A stretch of 51,993 bases of DNA, counting the filler, from Sphacelaria rigidula (lineage: Eukaryota), in assembly GCA_964200075.2 (NCBI GenBank). It is 4 parts of 4 records of this genome, joined end to end, with 100 filler letters (N's around TTAATTAATTAA, not from the genome) between each part and the next. Parts side by side here need not be neighbours in the genome. Positions count along the whole stretch, not along the records: positions 39,071 to 51,993 come from CAXNAA020003299.1; 3 more parts are not named here. One strand, written 5' to 3'. The position numbers and the translations under genes are program-made. Of the stretch, positions 48,700 to 51,993 are shown piece after piece. The stretch's first letter is position 1; each line of letters opens with the position of its first letter. A model generated the notes under the pieces. That model was not told the DNA's origin and ran no database searches. It saw only the letters and a list, made by a program, of their open reading frames with translations.

Positions 48700-50635
48700 A
48701 CCCACACGTTGCCCTAGTTCGGCCAGATTTTTACAGGTACATCCGATATAGCCATCCGATGTGCTCATGTTTTTTCTCAAATACGTCTTCTGAGCTGCTA
48801 TTGCAACCCTTTCAAGACCATTGGTGACTACCCCCAGCACCCTATGTAGTCGGCGCACGCCGCCACCCAGCCCCTCAGCAACAAAAACCATGGCATCCGC
48901 AGACTCGATAATTCAGCGACCCATTTGTCATTCACCGAAGCTATAGAATAAACCCGGTGGGCCCTTTCAATCATTGGTCTTCCAGGGGCGGGGGAGTGTT
49001 TTTGACAAGGGGGTGGGGATATGTTCGCTAAACTGCCGAAAACCTCCCCAAGTCAGCCATGTGTGTTTGGAAGTTTCCCACGGAAAAAGAAAAAAATGGG
49101 GACGAGGCCCGAGAGGAGCGGGGTGACCGTTCCGACCAATCACGGCCATCGAAATGGTCCCTTTGTTCCCCTAACGATGTACTACAGATGGGAATACTTG
49201 GCGGTCTAGCCATATTTCTCATTTCGGCTATGGCAATTTAACTACAGATGTCATGGGCAAAATAGCGTGCTTTTTACTCTGCTTGTTAGTCTTTGCCGCC
49301 TGCCTGACCCTCCTTGTGTTGCCAGCACAGCTTCACGCTGTCTGTATGAGCTGGGCGAGCCGACGGTGATTCTTGAATGCTTTCGCGTCCGGTGATGCTA
49401 AATTTGAGGAGTTGGGCGCTAAAATTTTCACACGACATTTTTATCAACACGCGCAACGTATCTCGGGTTGCCAACAAAAAATGAAGAAAAGAAAGTTGGA
49501 GCGATTTAAAATTTCAGCAAACACTGGAAAAATGTCATAGCTTGATGATGAAGACGAGAAACGGCGGCATCCACAGAAACGCTGTATGTACATGCGAGAC
49601 CCTGGTGAAAATTCGGCTGAAAACTCTTGAAATTGGGCCCAGCCTGGCACTTTTTGTGTGACACCACTGCGCCCCTGTAATCCAAGTGATGCCGGAGACT
49701 CCAGTTATGAAGGCCACGAGTTCGAATCCCGATAGATCCTCTTTTTTTTCGTTCTGTCGTGAAGGTCATACTTGAAGAATGTTATACTCGTACCGCACAT
49801 TTGTTTTTCGTTTTTTTTTCAGCGGTAGAGCGTGCATCACCAGGTCGGTCTGCAGTACACAGCGATATGCTCAAGTCGGGCTGATCCGGGAATCTTGTGA
49901 ACATGTTGTTTGGCGTGAGTTTGTATGTTTCACGGCGGGCCCAGCTCGTAGTGTTGTTGTGGAACGCTGAGCAGAGAAAATCAGTAGCATGTTCTGTAGT
50001 AGGCTGTGTTCGGGGAAGAGCGATACAGGTGGCAAGTCGACTGCTTCTTGCACTTGTATCCAGCGAAGACATCCAGCACACAAACTGACTCTGCACGCAA
50101 TTGACAGTAGGGTCAAAATTGGCCAGGGGCTCTTCGGGGCTATTTTCCATGTAGATGCCCAACATCCACATGTTCATGAAAATGAGCTTTTTGTGGGGTA
50201 AGAAAAGAGCTGTTCTGAACCCCAAATGTGGCACAATCTGTCTGGGTCCATCTGAGGGGGGTTCGCTGTCGAAGGGTCAAGAGCCGCGAAACGAGAATGC
50301 AAATGAGCCATATCGTCCCCCCGCAAAACGTAGAGACGTTGGTCAGCGCCGAGAGAGGGTACGCTCTGAATTTTACATGAGAAAGAACGCACCGAGTTTG
50401 GTCCTTGGGTTCGGTGAGTGACGAACGAGCCGGTAAAAAATGGCGTCTGCGGATGCCGTGGTTGCTGTTGCTGGGGGTTCGGGTTGCGGCGTGCGCTACA
50501 TGGGGCACTGGGGATGTATGGTCCCCATCCGCCTTGAAATGGTTGCAATGTCAGCCTAGGGAAAGTATTGAAGAAAAAAAGACTGCCTACATCGGATCTA
50601 TCAGTGCAGATGTGGCCTAAGTAGGGCAAGGTGCA
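48700..50635. repeat. Diverged inverted repeat pair (~48700-48975 and ~50375-50635)
   Basis: TTGCCCTA.TT.GGCCA...ATTGCAACC.TTTCAAG...ATGTAG..GCGCACGCCGC...CAGCAACA..AACCA.GGCATCCGCAGAC and its reverse complement. Confidence 0.7.
49671..49740 (+). mobile_element. tRNA-Trp-like SINE head or tRNA pseudogene
   Basis: GCCCCTGTAATCCAAGTG...GACTCCAGTTATGAAGGCCACGAGTTCGAATCCC has a CCA anticodon context and box B. The acceptor stem does not close. Confidence 0.45.
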
Positions 50636-50794
50636 GACTTAGGGAGAGCTCATCCTGTTGCTTGCACGGAATGGATGCAGCACGTCTCCCCAATTGATGT
50701 TCCTGAAGAATTCCGAGCACAAGATCATGTTTGTGGTCCACTTGCGCGATCCTGCGCAAAAATAGTACTTTGGAGGGGGGGGGGGTGGGGGGGT

Positions 50795-50885
50795 TGTCAT
50801 GACCATGCATGCCATAGTCATCAGACCATTGACCTCGCATCCCTACAAAGCCGGGACGGAGCACGCCGGGTTCTCGCCGGACCAG
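50795..50885. repeat. Inverted partial copy of family B repeat between G-runs
   Basis: Reverse complement of ~11655-11745. Confidence 0.8.
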
Positions 50886-51993
50886 GCTTTGGAGGGGGGG
50901 GGGGCGGGACCGATGTATCCTTTATAGCCTGAGCCCACATCCCATTGTCGACCTACCTCGTAGTCGAGGTCTATTTTAGCCAAGCTGGAACGATACTTCC
51001 ATCATTGAAGCACGCAAAAAAAGAAGGCGATTTCTGCTCCTTGTACTTGTACAGTGTTTGTGACGGACCTTTCCCCTATTCTTGTTATCAAGACAACTGC
51101 AGAACACTTCCGTAGAGCATTAAGCGGAGATAGAAACAACGTAGAGTGTATGCAGTCGAGAACGATGTCACACTGGTTATTCTGTACTCTTGTATTCAGC
51201 CCCTGATGAAAAATGGCTATATGTGAGGCACGTCAGCAGTTTAACATGCGGTGAAATACCTCAGAACATGCGCGAGGTGTGGTGTGCGAGGGCTGCCGCG
51301 AAAGCACCAAGGTTGAGAAACATAGCTAGAGGGTACAGGTATATCTCAGCAGCGGTGGTAGCTAGTATGCACCAGTTACTGAAAAATCACGGAAGCACCT
51401 GCCCCAAGAAATTGGCTAGGCGCAAACAGAGGCTTGATCTACACTACTGCCTTCACCTATCAGGAATTCTCGTGTAGTAATTTTCACCCAAGTGCTCAAC
51501 ATCCGCCCTGTGTGTGTTGTAGTTGGCGTACTGTACTGCGTAGCTTCGAAAACCATACCGTGTGCTTCTGAAGCAAAATTGACCACAATTCACCCTTAGC
51601 TTATGTGGGTGGGGCAAGTTTTGCCCGAAAACGGGGGGTGGTTGTTGACTGTTGACCTCGGAGAAACTCGCTGTACTCTTCGAAAGGATTCCACAGCACT
51701 TTCCTCACCTTTCGTACGTCCAGTTTGATTTTTTTGCCGGTCGAGTACTTCCTCGTGCAAGCCAGCCGACATTTATGCATATATGCATAAATACTGTATT
51801 TGAGTTTCTGTGAGTTTTTCCGGCAGGAATGACTCGTGGGAAATTGGTTCGCATCACATATTGCGAATCTGGCCAATACTTGATTGAATGTAAAAAATAT
51901 CGGAAAGTGCGCTGCAGTCCTCTCGCAGAGTTATTATTATTATTATTATTATTATTTCCGCACATTAGTCCGATCTGGCGAACCCGTGGTCAC

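Overview
This is eukaryotic, intron-rich, repeat-dense DNA of about 50% GC. A brown alga or related stramenopile is my inference from the gene style, the CCCTAA repeats and the APRT subtype. The window is not one locus. It is four contigs of almost identical length (12924, 12923, 12923 and 12923 bp) joined by artificial 100-nt N/TTAATTAATTAA spacers. Contig 1 holds two large in-frame exons of an acidic Ala/Val/Glu/Thr/Pro repeat protein with one basic patch, plus MITEs, foldback hairpins and SINE-like repeats. Contig 2 holds an apparently intronless TIR-domain gene that keeps the catalytic Glu and is preceded by an in-frame segment broken by one TAG. It also has LTR-retrotransposon remnants, degenerate telomere-like repeats and a hAT-like end. 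Contig 3 holds a spliced Tctex-1 dynein light chain gene, a 5'-truncated RTE-type LINE, a MITE and the 3' exons of an EF-hand/low-complexity protein gene. Contig 4 holds the 5' coding exon of an APRT gene, tRNA-derived SINEs and a decayed Ty1/copia RT-RNaseH fragment between long inverted repeats. The TIR gene is the strongest candidate for novel biology. All family assignments come from motifs read by eye, not from database searches.
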